Program-made: the position numbers and the translations under genes
Shown: in pieces, positions 28,907 to 40,283 of the stretch
Layout: every line of letters starts with the position of its first letter
How positions within the stretch are numbered: the first letter of the stretch is position 1
The notes under the pieces: generated by a model
The model's database searches: none
What the model was told of the DNA's origin: nothing
What the model saw: the letters and a program-made list of their open reading frames with translations, nothing else
From: Gammaproteobacteria bacterium
GTDB taxonomy: Bacteria > Pseudomonadota > Gammaproteobacteria > Eutrophobiales > Eutrophobiaceae
Length of the DNA: 64,000 nt
Assembly (NCBI GenBank): GCA_965243205.1
Contig: CBDEUK010000002.1
Coordinates: 1,696,001-1,760,000 of the forward strand
Reading direction: 5' to 3'

Positions 28907-30700
28907 ATGCGTAGTCATTATTGTGGTCATATAAACACTTCTTTAATTGACCAAGAAGTTACACTTACTGGTTGGGTTCACCGTCGTCGCGATCACGGTG
29001 GCGTTATTTTTATCGATCTTCGCGACCGTGAAGGCATTGCCCAAATCGTATTTGACCCTGATCGAGATGAAGCCTTCCAAATTGCTGACTCTGTACGCAA
29101 TGAATACGTCATCAAAATTCACGGCAAAGTCCGTAATCGTCCAGAGGGCACGATTAACCCTGAAATGCCGACAGGAGAAGTTGAAGTCTTAGGCTATGAA
29201 ATCGAAATCCTCAATAAAGCCAAAACACCACCGTTCATGCTGGACGACGACCACGTACATGATGATGTGAAATTAAAATATCGTTATGTCGACCTTAGAC
29301 GACCGAATATGCAAAACAATATTCGATTACGTGCAAAGATCTGCCAACAAATGCGTTCTTTTTTAGATGATGAAGGCTTTATTGAAGTTGAAACCCCTAT
29401 GCTTACCAAAGCAACGCCAGAAGGCGCACGCGACTATTTAGTCCCAAGTCGTACACATCAAGGTAAATTCTTCGCGCTTCCACAATCACCACAGTTATTT
29501 AAACAAATGTTGATGATGTCGGGCTTGGATCGCTATTACCAAATCGTGCGTTGTTTTCGCGATGAAGATTTACGCGCCGACCGCCAACCTGAGTTTACCC
29601 AGCTGGATATTGAAACCTCGTTTATGGACGAGGAAGGCATTACCAATATGATGGAAGGCTTGGTCTGCCAACTATTTAAAGAAGCATTAGGCGTGGAGTT
29701 ACCGCAACCATTCCCTCGTATGACCTATAAAGAAGCCATGTGGCGTTTCGGTAGCGATCGTCCTGATTTACGTAATCCATTAGAACTGGTTGAAGTTGCA
29801 GACTTGATGGAAGACGTCGAATTCAAAGTATTTTCTGGCCCGGCCAAAATGGCAGACGGTCGCGTTACTGCGCTGCGTGTTCCAAAAGGTTCTGAACTCT
29901 CACGTAAAGAGATTGATGATTACACTAACTACGTTGGTCAATACGGCGCAAAAGGTTTGGCTTATATTAAAGTCAACGATGTTTCAGCTGGTCGTGAAGG
30001 TTTGCAATCACCGATTTTAAAATTCCTACCAGATGCAACAGTCGATGGCATTCTTGAAAGAACAGGCGCTGAGACAGGCGATCTCATCTTTTTCGGAGCT
30101 GACAAGGCTAAGATAGTAAATGATGCTCTTGGCGCGTTACGAAATAGAGTCGGCGAAGACTTAGGCTTATTAGAAGGCGAGTGGAATCTGCTTTGGGTTA
30201 TCGACTTCCCAATGTTCGAATACAACGAAGATGAAAAACGTTGGGATGCTTTACATCACCCATTCACTGCACCATCGAACGAGAACCCTGAAGACTTAAA
30301 AGCTAATCCAGGTGAGGCCATTTCACGTGCTTATGACTTAGTTTTAAACGGTATCGAACTTGGCGGTGGTTCAGTGCGTATCCATAACCCGGAAATGCAA
30401 CGCACCGTATTAGAGTTATTAGGCATAGGCGCTGAAGAAGCAGAAGAAAAATTCGGTTTCCTACTCAACGCATTGGAATACGGTTGTCCTCCACACGGCG
30501 GCATTGCATTCGGTCTAGACCGTATAGTCATGATGATGTGCAAAGCTGAATCGATTCGTGAAGTGATCGCATTTCCAAAAACACAAACTGCAGCTTGTCC
30601 ATTAACCTCAGCACCTTCAGAAGCAGGCTTACGACAATTACGTGAGTTAGGCATCAAATTAGCTAAGCCTAATAAATCCGAAGAAAATAAAGAAAGCTAA
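28907..30700 (+). CDS. aspS: Aspartate--tRNA ligase (probably non-discriminating Asp/Asn)
   Basis: [37 protein letters not shown]. Confidence 0.97.
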   Translation: MRSHYCGHINTSLIDQEVTLTGWVHRRRDHGGVIFIDLRDREGIAQIVFDPDRDEAFQIADSVRNEYVIKIHGKVRNRPEGTINPEMPTGEVEVLGYEIEILNKAKTPPFMLDDDHVHDDVKLKYRYVDLRRPNMQNNIRLRAKICQQMRSFLDDEGFIEVETPMLTKATPEGARDYLVPSRTHQGKFFALPQSPQLFKQMLMMSGLDRYYQIVRCFRDEDLRADRQPEFTQLDIETSFMDEEGITNMMEGLVCQLFKEALGVELPQPFPRMTYKEAMWRFGSDRPDLRNPLELVEVADLMEDVEFKVFSGPAKMADGRVTALRVPKGSELSRKEIDDYTNYVGQYGAKGLAYIKVNDVSAGREGLQSPILKFLPDATVDGILERTGAETGDLIFFGADKAKIVNDALGALRNRVGEDLGLLEGEWNLLWVIDFPMFEYNEDEKRWDALHHPFTAPSNENPEDLKANPGEAISRAYDLVLNGIELGGGSVRIHNPEMQRTVLELLGIGAEEAEEKFGFLLNALEYGCPPHGGIAFGLDRIVMMMCKAESIREVIAFPKTQTAACPLTSAPSEAGLRQLRELGIKLAKPNKSEENKES

Positions 30701-30790
30701 TCATTTCATCATTGGCGTGGAGTTTCTAAATCCACGCCGAATGTGTATCCTCTGTCCTATCGATGAGTTAATAAAACATAGGACTTTTAA

Positions 30791-31879
30791 ATGTCTAGCG
30801 AACAACCGTTAAACCCGCTATCACTGCCTGCTGAAAAAATTCCTGATCATCCAACGGGTGAAATCACAGAACAAGAACGTGAAGAACTGACCGCACGTAT
30901 CACCGAACTATTAGAAAAACACCAAGCTAAACTAGTCGCACATTACTATACGGATTCGGACTTACAAATCCTTGCGGATCAAACGGGTGGTTACGTTTCA
31001 GATTCTTTAGACATGGCACGTTTTGGTTATGAATCCGACGCAGAAACATTGATCGTTTGTGGCGTACGCTTCATGGGTGAGACTGCAAAGATCTTAAATC
31101 CAGAAAAACGCGTGTTAATGCCTGACTTAAACGCCAACTGTTCTTTAGATTTAGGCTGCCCGCCAAAAGAATTTGGTGAGTTCTGCGACCAACACCCAGA
31201 CCGTACAGTTGTTGTTTACGCTAATACTAGCGCAGCAGTCAAAGCCCGAGCCGATTGGATGGTTACCTCAGGCAGTGCAGTTGAAGTAATCAACCACTTA
31301 ACCGAACAAGATCATAAATTTATATGGGCCCCTGATCGCTTCTTAGGTGATTACGTCAAACGACAATCAGGTGCTGATATGATCCTATGGCAGAGCGCAT
31401 GCATCGTGCATGAAGAATTCAAAGGCAAAGAACTGGAAGAAATGCGCAAGCAATATCCTGATGCCAAAGTCTTAGTTCACCCAGAATCACCAGCCTCTGT
31501 ATTGGAACAAGCTGATGTTGTCGGTTCTACCACAGGTATTATCAAAGCAGCCGTCGAACTCGATGCGGACACCTTCATCGTTGCTACTGACCGCGGCATC
31601 TTCCATAAAATGCAAGAAGCTGCTCCAGGCAAAACCTTCATCGAAGCACCGACCGCAGGCGAAAGCGCCACCTGTAAAAGCTGCGCCCACTGCCCTTGGA
31701 TGGCCATGAACAGCTTAAAGAAACTCTGCAACATGCTTGAAAGCCTAGACGCTGGCAACACCGCTAACGAAATCCACATCGAAGAAGACATAATCGAACG
31801 AGCTAAGTTACCTATTAAACGATTGTTGGATTTTGCTGAAGAACGTAAGAAAATTATTTATGGAAATAATGATGCATAG
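30791..31879 (+). CDS. nadA: Quinolinate synthase A
   Basis: VAHYY, CSLDLGC, YANTS, CIVH, CAHCPWM. Confidence 0.96.
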   Translation: MSSEQPLNPLSLPAEKIPDHPTGEITEQEREELTARITELLEKHQAKLVAHYYTDSDLQILADQTGGYVSDSLDMARFGYESDAETLIVCGVRFMGETAKILNPEKRVLMPDLNANCSLDLGCPPKEFGEFCDQHPDRTVVVYANTSAAVKARADWMVTSGSAVEVINHLTEQDHKFIWAPDRFLGDYVKRQSGADMILWQSACIVHEEFKGKELEEMRKQYPDAKVLVHPESPASVLEQADVVGSTTGIIKAAVELDADTFIVATDRGIFHKMQEAAPGKTFIEAPTAGESATCKSCAHCPWMAMNSLKKLCNMLESLDAGNTANEIHIEEDIIERAKLPIKRLLDFAEERKKIIYGNNDA

Positions 31880-31941
31880 CTAACTATCCATTTGATAAGC
31901 TTTAATAGGCAATCGTCTCAATATAATCTCTAAGGTTCATC

Positions 31942-32313
31942 ATGAAACAACTAGTAATAACTTTATTATTTCTTACTTCTTTTAGTTTACACGCCTATTC
32001 TGGTGGTGAATTGCTGATAGATTGTAAATGGTATATTGATGTCTCGGAAAATAAAGGTACGACCAACAACATTAGTAAATCTTTAAGTGCGGGACGATGT
32101 CAGGGATTTATTTCTGGCACCGTGAATTCGTATTCACAATTTATTAAAGATGGTCTTATTCAACAAAATCTTTTTTGTCTTCCTGAAAACACCAATACAA
32201 CCAAATTGGCTAAAACCATTACAAGCTACCTTAAACAACATGAAGACATGATTGAAACAAACGCATCAGAGTTAACGTTTGATGCTTTTGCAGAAGCCTA
32301 CCCTTGTGAATAA
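31942..32313 (+). CDS. Rap1a/Tai4-family-like periplasmic protein
   Basis: Signal peptide; G.EL..DC, CQGFISG, FCLP and a C-terminal AYPC pattern. Confidence 0.7.
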   Translation: MKQLVITLLFLTSFSLHAYSGGELLIDCKWYIDVSENKGTTNNISKSLSAGRCQGFISGTVNSYSQFIKDGLIQQNLFCLPENTNTTKLAKTITSYLKQHEDMIETNASELTFDAFAEAYPCE

Positions 32314-32346
32314 ACTACAAGTATTCTCCCCGTAAGCCTTGCTGAA

Positions 32347-32513
32347 TAATTTAATCTTGATAGCGAAAAACAGACAGGAGTCTGTTTTAGCTCATCCATT
32401 CAGGGATGAATGTATGAGCGACGCGTAAGCAAGATTAAATTGTGAGGGGATAAAAGGCGCTTGGGTGTCTTTTCTTTTGATTCGTTTTCTTTGGACAAGC
32501 AAAGAAAATGAAT
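32347..32513. repeat. Highly structured intergenic element (MITE/REP-like repeat or small RNA)
   Basis: 12-bp inverted repeat (32348-32359 / 32430-32441) enclosing two hairpins with AGGA and AGGGAT loops, followed by a third hairpin at 32480-32513. Confidence 0.6.
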
Positions 32514-32554
32514 AAATAAATTTTTTATCTACTTTGTACTAACAAAGTATGAGA

Positions 32555-33238
32555 TCAGCTCATCTTCTCAAAAAGATTCAACGACTCTTCTTGCCCAAGT
32601 TCTAACTGCTTAACACTCATCCTTTCTGCTAAGGCATCACGATTAAATCGTGCACGGTCGTCACCAGCTGCTGCTGCTATTGAATACCATGCGTAAGCTT
32701 GAATATAGTTTTGTGGAACTGACACACCCATTTCAAACATTTGAGCAAGCACGTATTGGCTTTCACGTTCTTTAGCTAGAGCGGTTTCTTTTACCCATTG
32801 AAAGATCTGTTGGCGGTCTGGTTCGTATAGAACATTATTGATGAGCATTTTGCCCAGTTGATTGCGAGCATCGATATCACCTGATTGAGCTTGTGACATT
32901 AGCTCAGTTTGATATGCCATTTCGCTATCGAGGTAAGGTTGGTCAGCTTTATCAATCGCTGCCAAATTCATGATGGCGTTTTTATGGCCTTGGCTTGCGG
33001 CCTTTTCATACCAAGCTAACGCACGACCTTCGTCCTGAGGCAAACCATCGCCCACTTCATACGCAAAGCCAACCTTAAACTGCGCATGCGCATCACCCTG
33101 ATAAGCTTGAGATTGGTAATAGCCTAATAGCTTTTTCGATTCTTGTTGAGCGGTCGCCAATTGTAATGGCTCAGCAATAGCCACATCTAAAGTGAATAAC
33201 AAGGCAATGAGTAGAATTTTGTAAGCCATGACACGCAA
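32555..33238 (-). CDS. Sel1-repeat exported protein
   Basis: AQFKVGFAYEVGDG..QD...A..WYEKAASQG; QNYIQAYAWYSIAAAAG. Confidence 0.88.
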   Translation of the reverse strand: MRVMAYKILLIALLFTLDVAIAEPLQLATAQQESKKLLGYYQSQAYQGDAHAQFKVGFAYEVGDGLPQDEGRALAWYEKAASQGHKNAIMNLAAIDKADQPYLDSEMAYQTELMSQAQSGDIDARNQLGKMLINNVLYEPDRQQIFQWVKETALAKERESQYVLAQMFEMGVSVPQNYIQAYAWYSIAAAAGDDRARFNRDALAERMSVKQLELGQEESLNLFEKMS

Positions 33239-33259
33239 CCTGCTGGTAATGATGCATTT

Positions 33260-33286
33260 TTATCGGTCATTCTACGAAAAACTTTA
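33260..33286 (-). promoter_or_regulatory. Sigma28 (FliA) promoter
   Basis: Minus strand TAAAGTTT-N11-ACCGATAA, close to the extended consensus. Confidence 0.75.
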
Positions 33287-33364
33287 ATTCAGACATGCAG
33301 AAATGAGTGATTCTGTTAGAATTTCGCCAACTTTTTTAACCAATCAGAATGACCAAGAGGAAAC

Positions 33365-34111
33365 ATGGCTGGACATAGTAAGTGGGCCAATATTCAACAC
33401 AGAAAAGGCCGCCAAGACGCAAAGCGTGGGAAACTATTCACGCGTTTAATCCGAGAAATTACCGTAGCTGCGAAATTAGGTGGCGGCGACCCTGATGCGA
33501 ACCCGCGCTTACGTGCCGCGATCGATACCGCCAAGTCGCAAAGTATGCCGAAAGACACCATCGAACGCGCTGTTGTTCGTGGTTCTGGTGGTGGTGATGG
33601 CGATAACGTTGAAGAAATTCGCTATGAAGGTTATGGCCCTGGTGGTGTCGCCGTTTTAGTCGATACCATGACTGATAACAAAAATCGCACAGTCGCCGAA
33701 GTTCGCCACGCGTTCACGAAATTTGGTGGCAACTTAGGCACAGATGGCTCCGTTTCCTATATGTTCGCTAAAGTCGGCTTGATATCATACCCAGCTGGAG
33801 CAGATGAGGACGCTATTATGGAAGCAGCATTGGAGAGCGGCGCAGAGGACATTGTCACCAATGAAGACAGCTCCATTGATGTGATTACCGAACCTGATAC
33901 ATTTGTTGATGTAAAAGAAGCTCTCGTTGCTGCTGGCCATGAACCTGAATCAGCTGAAGTAACCATGCGAGCTGATAATAACTCACCATTAGATGCCAAA
34001 GGTGCTGAAAGCATGCTGAAGTTATTGGATTTGTTGGAAGATTTAGACGATGTGCAAAAAGTCTATTCCAATGCGGAAATTCCTGATGATGTACTTGAGC
34101 AACTGGGCTAG
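33365..34111 (+). CDS. yebC: YebC/PmpR family protein
   Basis: [22 protein letters not shown]. Confidence 0.96.
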   Translation: MAGHSKWANIQHRKGRQDAKRGKLFTRLIREITVAAKLGGGDPDANPRLRAAIDTAKSQSMPKDTIERAVVRGSGGGDGDNVEEIRYEGYGPGGVAVLVDTMTDNKNRTVAEVRHAFTKFGGNLGTDGSVSYMFAKVGLISYPAGADEDAIMEAALESGAEDIVTNEDSSIDVITEPDTFVDVKEALVAAGHEPESAEVTMRADNNSPLDAKGAESMLKLLDLLEDLDDVQKVYSNAEIPDDVLEQLG

Positions 34112-34630
34112 ATGATAAGAATACTCGGTATTGACCCCGGTTCAATTAATACTGGTTACGGAATCATCGATACCGAAGGCAATCATTCCAAACATATTGA
34201 TAATGGCATTATCAAAATCAAGGGCGAAGAATTACCTGATAAACTGAAATGCATTTATTCTGGCTTGAATGAATTAATTCATGAATTCAAACCCGATGAA
34301 ATTTCTATCGAAAAAGTTTTCATGCATCGTAATGCCGATTCAGCATTGAAACTTGGCCAAGCCCGTGGCGCAGCTATCTGTGCTTGCACCATGCAAGACT
34401 TACCTGTTTACGAATACACCGCGAACCAAGTGAAACAGGCCACAGTGGGTAAAGGTCATGCTGCTAAAGAACAAGTACAACACATGATCAAAGTACTTTT
34501 ATGTTTACAAGAAGTCCCAGCCGCTGATGCAGCCGACGCTCTTGCAATTGCACTTTGCCATGCACATTCGCGTGAAGGTTTGTTACGTATGCAAGGCGTG
34601 CAAGGCATTCGTAAAGGACGTTTACAATGA
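34112..34630 (+). CDS. ruvC: Holliday junction resolvase
   Basis: ILGIDPG, LKLGQARG, DAADALA. Confidence 0.96.
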   Translation: MIRILGIDPGSINTGYGIIDTEGNHSKHIDNGIIKIKGEELPDKLKCIYSGLNELIHEFKPDEISIEKVFMHRNADSALKLGQARGAAICACTMQDLPVYEYTANQVKQATVGKGHAAKEQVQHMIKVLLCLQEVPAADAADALAIALCHAHSREGLLRMQGVQGIRKGRLQ

Positions 34631-35229
34631 TTGGGCGTTTAACTGGCAAACTTATCGAAAAACAACCACCGCATTTATTAGTAGATGTAAATGGCGTCGC
34701 CTATGAGGTGGAAGCGCCGATGACAACGATTTACCAACTACCAGAAGTTGGTGATGACGTTGTTCTGTTTACCCATTTAGCGGTACGCGATGATGCGCAT
34801 TTATTGTTTGGTTTTGCAGAACGTTCTGAGCGCAGTTTGTTTCGCACATTAATCAAGATTAATGGCGTAGGAGCCAAAATGGCCTTGGCAATTCTCTCTG
34901 GTATTGGTGCAAGTGAGTTTGCTGAATGTGTGGAAAGTAAAAATATTGATCGTCTAGTCAAACTACCTGGCGTTGGCAAAAAAACTGCTGAACGATTGAT
35001 TATCGAGATGAAAGATAAACTTGGTGACATTGAAGGTAATTTCAGTGTTTCTACGAATAAAGTCGATGCCCCAATTCAAAGTGATTCACCGTCTGATGAA
35101 GCCGTTAGCGCCTTAATCGGCCTTGGTTATAAACCACAAGAAGCCAGTCGTTTTGTAATGGCCGTCGCGCAAGAAGGTATGAACAGTGAAGAAATTATTC
35201 GCGAGGCATTAAAAACCTCTGTGAAATAA
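34627..35229 (+). CDS. ruvA: Holliday junction branch migration protein A
   Basis: MIGRLTG, GVGAKMAL, PGVGKKTAER. Confidence 0.96.
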   Translation: MIGRLTGKLIEKQPPHLLVDVNGVAYEVEAPMTTIYQLPEVGDDVVLFTHLAVRDDAHLLFGFAERSERSLFRTLIKINGVGAKMALAILSGIGASEFAECVESKNIDRLVKLPGVGKKTAERLIIEMKDKLGDIEGNFSVSTNKVDAPIQSDSPSDEAVSALIGLGYKPQEASRFVMAVAQEGMNSEEIIREALKTSVK

Positions 35230-35343
35230 AAAAGTCATAACATTTCCATAATTTAGTCCACAATTCACAGAGTTTTTCTGATTTAATATATGAATTAAAC
35301 CCGTTTAGCTTTCTGGTTCGTTACAAGAGATAATAAACAGAAT

Positions 35344-36396
35344 ATGTCGGAACCTAATCCAATTATTTCACCTGAAAACAGTGCCGAAGATAGCGCTGCA
35401 GATAATAGTCTCCGCCCGAAACGCCTTAAAGACTACCTTGGTCAAGAAGCCGTTCATGAGCAAATGGAAATTTTTATCGGCGCTGCGCGTAAACGCCAAG
35501 AATCTCTCGACCACGTTTTAATCTTTGGTCCTCCTGGATTAGGCAAAACTACCTTAGCCAATATTATTGCCAATGAGATGGAAGTGAACCTTCGTCAAAC
35601 TTCGGGGCCAGTTCTAGAACGAGCAGGTGATTTAGCCGCATTGCTGACTAACCTAGAACCTCACGATGTGTTATTCATCGATGAAATCCACCGTTTGAGT
35701 CCAGTGGTCGAAGAAGTCTTATACCCTGCAATGGAAGACTATCAAATCGATATCATGATTGGTGAAGGCCCTGCTGCCAGGGCAATTAAATTGGATGTGC
35801 CACCGTTTACTCTTATTGGTGCAACGACACGAGCTGGTTTATTAACCTCGCCGCTTCGGGATCGTTTCGGGATCGTGCAACGCTTGGAGTTTTATAAACC
35901 TGAAGAGATTGCGGATATTGTCCAACGCTCAGGAAAAATTTTAGATGTGGAAGTCTCCACTGAAGGTGCAAATGAAATTGCCAAACGCTCACGCGGCACA
36001 CCAAGAATCGCGAATAGGCTCTTACGTCGTGTACGTGATTACGCCGAAGTGAAAGGTGATGGCAATATTGAAGAAGGTATTGCGGCCAAAGCACTCGACT
36101 TACTGGATGTCGATGCCAATGGCTTTGATACTATGGATAGAAAGCTCTTACTCGCCATTATGCAAAAATTCGATGGAGGCCCTGTTGGCGCGGATAGTCT
36201 AGCGGCAGCGATTGGTGAGGAACGCGATACGATTGAAGATGTCATCGAACCATTTTTAATCCAACAAGGTTTTATGATGCGTACTCCTAGGGGACGCACT
36301 GTCACCAAACGTGCCTGGTTACACTTTGGCCTTGAAGTACCCGAACAAAATAACGCGAACACATCCAAGGAATCCGACTTATTTGATGAACAATAA
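35344..36396 (+). CDS. ruvB: Holliday junction helicase B
   Basis: [23 protein letters not shown]. Confidence 0.97.
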   Translation: MSEPNPIISPENSAEDSAADNSLRPKRLKDYLGQEAVHEQMEIFIGAARKRQESLDHVLIFGPPGLGKTTLANIIANEMEVNLRQTSGPVLERAGDLAALLTNLEPHDVLFIDEIHRLSPVVEEVLYPAMEDYQIDIMIGEGPAARAIKLDVPPFTLIGATTRAGLLTSPLRDRFGIVQRLEFYKPEEIADIVQRSGKILDVEVSTEGANEIAKRSRGTPRIANRLLRRVRDYAEVKGDGNIEEGIAAKALDLLDVDANGFDTMDRKLLLAIMQKFDGGPVGADSLAAAIGEERDTIEDVIEPFLIQQGFMMRTPRGRTVTKRAWLHFGLEVPEQNNANTSKESDLFDEQ

Positions 36397-36802
36397 TGCG
36401 TTCCAGTTCACAGTACGGGTTTATTACGAGGATACCGATGCGGGAGGAGTGGTCTACCATTCGAACTATTTAAACTATTTAGAACGCGCCCGTACCGAAT
36501 GGTTACGGAACCTTGGCTATGAACAAGATGTCTTGATAGAACAAGAACAACTAATATTCGCAGTAAGAAAAGTATCAATTGACTATATCTTACCTGCGAA
36601 ATTTAATGATTTACTCACAGTATCGACAATGATTAATAGTATTTCGGGGGTTAGCCTCGAATTTAAACAGCAAATCTTCAAACAAGAGACTCTACTCGCA
36701 GAGGCTACTGTCCAAGTAGTCGCTCTTGATAGCCTTTCTTTAAAACCTAAACGCCTTAATACTAAAATAAAAGAGGACCTCACTCGTGTCTCCATCGGCT
36801 GA
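36386..36802 (+). CDS. ybgC: Tol-pal-associated acyl-CoA thioesterase
   Basis: [15 protein letters not shown]; start moved to ATG 36386. Confidence 0.93.
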   Translation: MNNNAFQFTVRVYYEDTDAGGVVYHSNYLNYLERARTEWLRNLGYEQDVLIEQEQLIFAVRKVSIDYILPAKFNDLLTVSTMINSISGVSLEFKQQIFKQETLLAEATVQVVALDSLSLKPKRLNTKIKEDLTRVSIG

Positions 36803-37466
36803 TTTATCATTTATTCATCTAATTACTAATGCCAGTTTGTTAGTTCAACTGGTGATGTTAGCGCTGGTTATCGCATCCGTGATTTCCTGGACCATGATTT
36901 TTAACAAACGCTTCATGCTCGGCAAAGCAAAAAAAGAAGCTAATGATTTTGAGGAAAGGTTCTGGTCATTAGATGATTTAACACCTTTGTACACACGTGT
37001 TACTCAAAAAAATTATCAAGCCAGCGGCATGGAAAAGATCTTCGAAGCAGGCTTTCGTGAATTTGCGCGTTTACGTAAACAAGAAAGCATCGACCCTGAA
37101 CATGTACTCGAAGGTGCACAACGCGCTATGCGGGTGGCAATGAATAAAGAAATTGAAGTCTTGGAAACCAATTTATCTTTCCTAGCAACCGTTGGCTCAA
37201 CTTCACCGTATGTCGGTTTGTTTGGAACCGTATGGGGCATCATGAACAGCTTCCGTGCTTTAGGTAATGTTCAGCATGCTACGATTTCAATGGTCGCGCC
37301 AGGTATTGCCGAGGCATTGATTGCAACGGCAATGGGTCTATTCGCTGCGATTCCTGCTGTAATCGCTTATAACCGCTACTCAAATGATGTGGAACGATTA
37401 ATTAATCGTTATGACACTTTCACCGATGAGTTCGCCTCCATCCTTCATCGTTATGCACATTCATAA
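36786..37466 (+). CDS. tolQ: TolQ
   Basis: SPYVGLFGTVWGIM, VAPGIAEAL. Confidence 0.95.
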   Translation: MSPSADLSFIHLITNASLLVQLVMLALVIASVISWTMIFNKRFMLGKAKKEANDFEERFWSLDDLTPLYTRVTQKNYQASGMEKIFEAGFREFARLRKQESIDPEHVLEGAQRAMRVAMNKEIEVLETNLSFLATVGSTSPYVGLFGTVWGIMNSFRALGNVQHATISMVAPGIAEALIATAMGLFAAIPAVIAYNRYSNDVERLINRYDTFTDEFASILHRYAHS

Positions 37467-37483
37467 GTTAGGATGATTATTTA

Positions 37484-37909
37484 ATGCGACCTAGAATCCG
37501 CAAACGACCTATGGCTGAAATTAATGTAGTTCCATACATTGATGTGATGTTGGTGTTATTAGTCATCTTTATGATCACCGCACCGTTATTAACTCAAGGC
37601 GTAAAAGTTGATTTGCCGAAAACAGATGCGCAAGCCTTACCACCCGACGGCAAAGAACCAGTGATCATTAATGTAAATAAAGAAGGTGAATTTTTTATTA
37701 ACTATGGTGAAAACCAAGATAAGCCTATCAATGCACAAGACTTAGTCACACGAGTCAATGCCGTTTTAGAATTAAATCAATTTAAAATTCCTGTGTTGGT
37801 CGGTGGCGATAACGATGTGCCTTATGGAAAAATCGTTCAGTTAATGGCTTTGTTACAAAAAGCAGGTGTGGAAGGCGTAGGTATGTTGACCGATCCTCTG
37901 GAGCCGTAA
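37484..37909 (+). CDS. tolR: TolR
   Basis: EINVVPYIDVMLVLL. Confidence 0.95.
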   Translation: MRPRIRKRPMAEINVVPYIDVMLVLLVIFMITAPLLTQGVKVDLPKTDAQALPPDGKEPVIINVNKEGEFFINYGENQDKPINAQDLVTRVNAVLELNQFKIPVLVGGDNDVPYGKIVQLMALLQKAGVEGVGMLTDPLEP

Positions 37910-37915
37910 TCCTGT

Positions 37916-38875
37916 ATGTACATTACTTGGTTTACATCGCTTACTTCGTTTCTTAAATCGATTGCTCTGCATCTTTTTTTGATCGGTTTACTAATGTTTA
38001 GTATTGAATTTGCTCCCAAACCTGTAAAACCAATTATTAAAGAAGTAAATATTGTAAACGCTGTAAGTGTTGATAAGACCGAAGTACAAGCAGAACTGAA
38101 TAAATTAAAAAAAGCCGAGCAAGCGAAGAAAGATAAAGAACAAAAAAGACAAAAAGAACTCGAACAAAAAGCAAAGAAGGCAGAACAACAACGCAAGCAA
38201 GAAGAGAAAAAACTTCAAGAAATCAAAAAACAACAAGAACAAAAAAAAGCAGAAGAAGCATTACGTTTAAAAAAACTCAAAGAAGAAGAAAAGAAAGCGG
38301 AACAAAAACGCAAAGAGGAAGAGGAGAAGAAGCGTAAAGCCGAAGAAGAACGTAAAAAAATAGAAGAAGAAAAACGTAAAGCTGAGGAAGAGAAAAAACG
38401 TATAGAGGAAGAAAAGAAAAAAGCCGCTGAGGAAAAGCAACGTTTAGAAGAAGAACAGCGTAAAGAGGCGGAACGACTTAAAAAACTAGAAGAAGAGCGT
38501 AAGAAGAAAGAAGCTGAAGATGCTCTAAGAAAACAAATCGAAGAAGAGGCTGAAGCAGAAAGATTACAAGCTCAAGCTGCAGCAGACGCGACTTTGAGTC
38601 AAAAAATTGCTGCTGAACTTAGAAATAAAGTGACCAGAAATTTTAACCGTAGTGGTTTAGAACCAGGTTTAAGTTGTAAATTAAAAATTCAGTTAGTACC
38701 TGGTGGAGAAGTAGTCGGTGTGAGCGTGGCTAAATCTAGCGGCAATGACATCTTTGATACTCGTGCTATTAGCGCCGTGAAGCGGGCAGCGCCATTTGAA
38801 GTAGTTCCTGGCGACTTAGAACAATTTGAACGTTTAGGCTTAAGAACTATTACTTTTAATTTCAACCCTAATTAA
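37916..38875 (+). CDS. tolA: TolA
   Basis: SIALH TM motif, K/E-rich helical stalk, SSGNDIFD C-terminal domain. Confidence 0.93.
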   Translation: MYITWFTSLTSFLKSIALHLFLIGLLMFSIEFAPKPVKPIIKEVNIVNAVSVDKTEVQAELNKLKKAEQAKKDKEQKRQKELEQKAKKAEQQRKQEEKKLQEIKKQQEQKKAEEALRLKKLKEEEKKAEQKRKEEEEKKRKAEEERKKIEEEKRKAEEEKKRIEEEKKKAAEEKQRLEEEQRKEAERLKKLEEERKKKEAEDALRKQIEEEAEAERLQAQAAADATLSQKIAAELRNKVTRNFNRSGLEPGLSCKLKIQLVPGGEVVGVSVAKSSGNDIFDTRAISAVKRAAPFEVVPGDLEQFERLGLRTITFNFNPN

Positions 38876-38888
38876 TGTTGGTGGAAAA

Positions 38889-40190
38889 ATGTCTTACTTA
38901 AAATATTTTAAATTTTTATTTTTTATTTTACTTACTTTTCCTACTAGTTCTTATTCGTTTGAAATCGATATTAATGAAGGCGTTCTCGATCCAATACCCG
39001 TTGCTATTGTTCCATTCGGCTGGTCAGAGCCTGCTAATGTTGCTCCTATCGACATCGCTTCAGTCATTCGTAATGACTTAACTCGTAGCGGTCGCTTTAA
39101 TACTTTAACTGAAGAAAAATTACCGGAAAAACCTTCACAACAAGAAATGATCAATTTTCGTAATTGGCGCATGAGTGGCATGGATAATTTGTTGATTGGT
39201 GATTTAAAAATTAACGAATCAGGTGAATACATCATAACCTTTCAATTGTTCAATGTTCACAATCAACAAGCTTTGGCTAGAGGCCGTGTAAAAGCATCAG
39301 CAAAAAACCTAAGACGTGTTGCTCATCAAATTAGCGATATTGTTTATGAAAAACTCTTAGGGGTGAAAGGCGCGTTCTCAACTCGCATCGCTTATATCAC
39401 TGTTAAAAAATCGATAGATGGAAAAAAAATACACAGTTTAAAAATAGCCGATTCTGATGGTGAGAACATTCAAACCTTAATTGATTCTCCTGAACCATTG
39501 TTATCTCCAAGCTGGTCTCCTGACGGTCGTAAATTGGCTTATGTTTCTTTTGAAAAGAAAAATTCCGCAATAGTCGTACAAGATATTTTCGACCGCTCAC
39601 GTAAAATTGTTCAGTCTGGTCCTGGTATTAATAGCTCACCAGCCTGGTCACCTGATGGTTCACGTTTAGCCATGACCTTATCCAAAGATGGTAACCCTGA
39701 AATTTACATTAAGCATTTATCTTCAGGCTTATTACAACGAGTGACTAATAATCGTGCTATTGATACGGAAGCAAACTGGTCACCTGATGGTTCTAAATTA
39801 GCGTTCACTTCTGACCGCAGCGGTAGACCACAAATTTATGAAGTAAATGTAGAAGGTGGTTCACCTAAACGGATTAGCTTTGAAGGTAAATATAACTCCC
39901 GTCCAATTTATTCTCCAAACGGAGATGAAATTGCTGTTGTCTCTGGAGGTAATGGACAGTTTAAGATCGGTGTTTTAGATCCTGCATCGGGCTCGTTAAA
40001 ACTCTTAACCAACTCAAAATTAGATGAGTCTCCAAGCTTTGCACCAAATGGTCACATGATCGTTTATACCACGTTGGGTTTCCGCGGTACTAAGTTAGCT
40101 GTGGTTTCTAATGATGGGCAAGTAAAAGGCAATATGGCTCTACAAGATGGTGAAGTGCGAGAACCTTCCTGGGGGCCTTTGATCAAATAA
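38889..40190 (+). CDS. tolB: TolB
   Basis: TolB N-terminal domain plus PD40 repeats (PSWSPDG). Confidence 0.95.
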   Translation: MSYLKYFKFLFFILLTFPTSSYSFEIDINEGVLDPIPVAIVPFGWSEPANVAPIDIASVIRNDLTRSGRFNTLTEEKLPEKPSQQEMINFRNWRMSGMDNLLIGDLKINESGEYIITFQLFNVHNQQALARGRVKASAKNLRRVAHQISDIVYEKLLGVKGAFSTRIAYITVKKSIDGKKIHSLKIADSDGENIQTLIDSPEPLLSPSWSPDGRKLAYVSFEKKNSAIVVQDIFDRSRKIVQSGPGINSSPAWSPDGSRLAMTLSKDGNPEIYIKHLSSGLLQRVTNNRAIDTEANWSPDGSKLAFTSDRSGRPQIYEVNVEGGSPKRISFEGKYNSRPIYSPNGDEIAVVSGGNGQFKIGVLDPASGSLKLLTNSKLDESPSFAPNGHMIVYTTLGFRGTKLAVVSNDGQVKGNMALQDGEVREPSWGPLIK

Positions 40191-40283
40191 ATTATTTCTT
40201 ATAAATATGTTTAATAACCATACAAGCAAAACCATGATATTCTTTAATTATTACACTCGACCAATTGGCCGGAAGGAGTCAAT

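Noticed and set aside
30714-30738. GGCGTGGA/TCCACGCC hairpin after aspS
   Set aside because: No U-tract and no second copy noticed; cannot be called a terminator or REP with confidence
38090-38570. Purine-rich quasi-tandem repeats
   Set aside because: Encode the ordinary K/E-rich TolA stalk; not a CRISPR array or DNA repeat element
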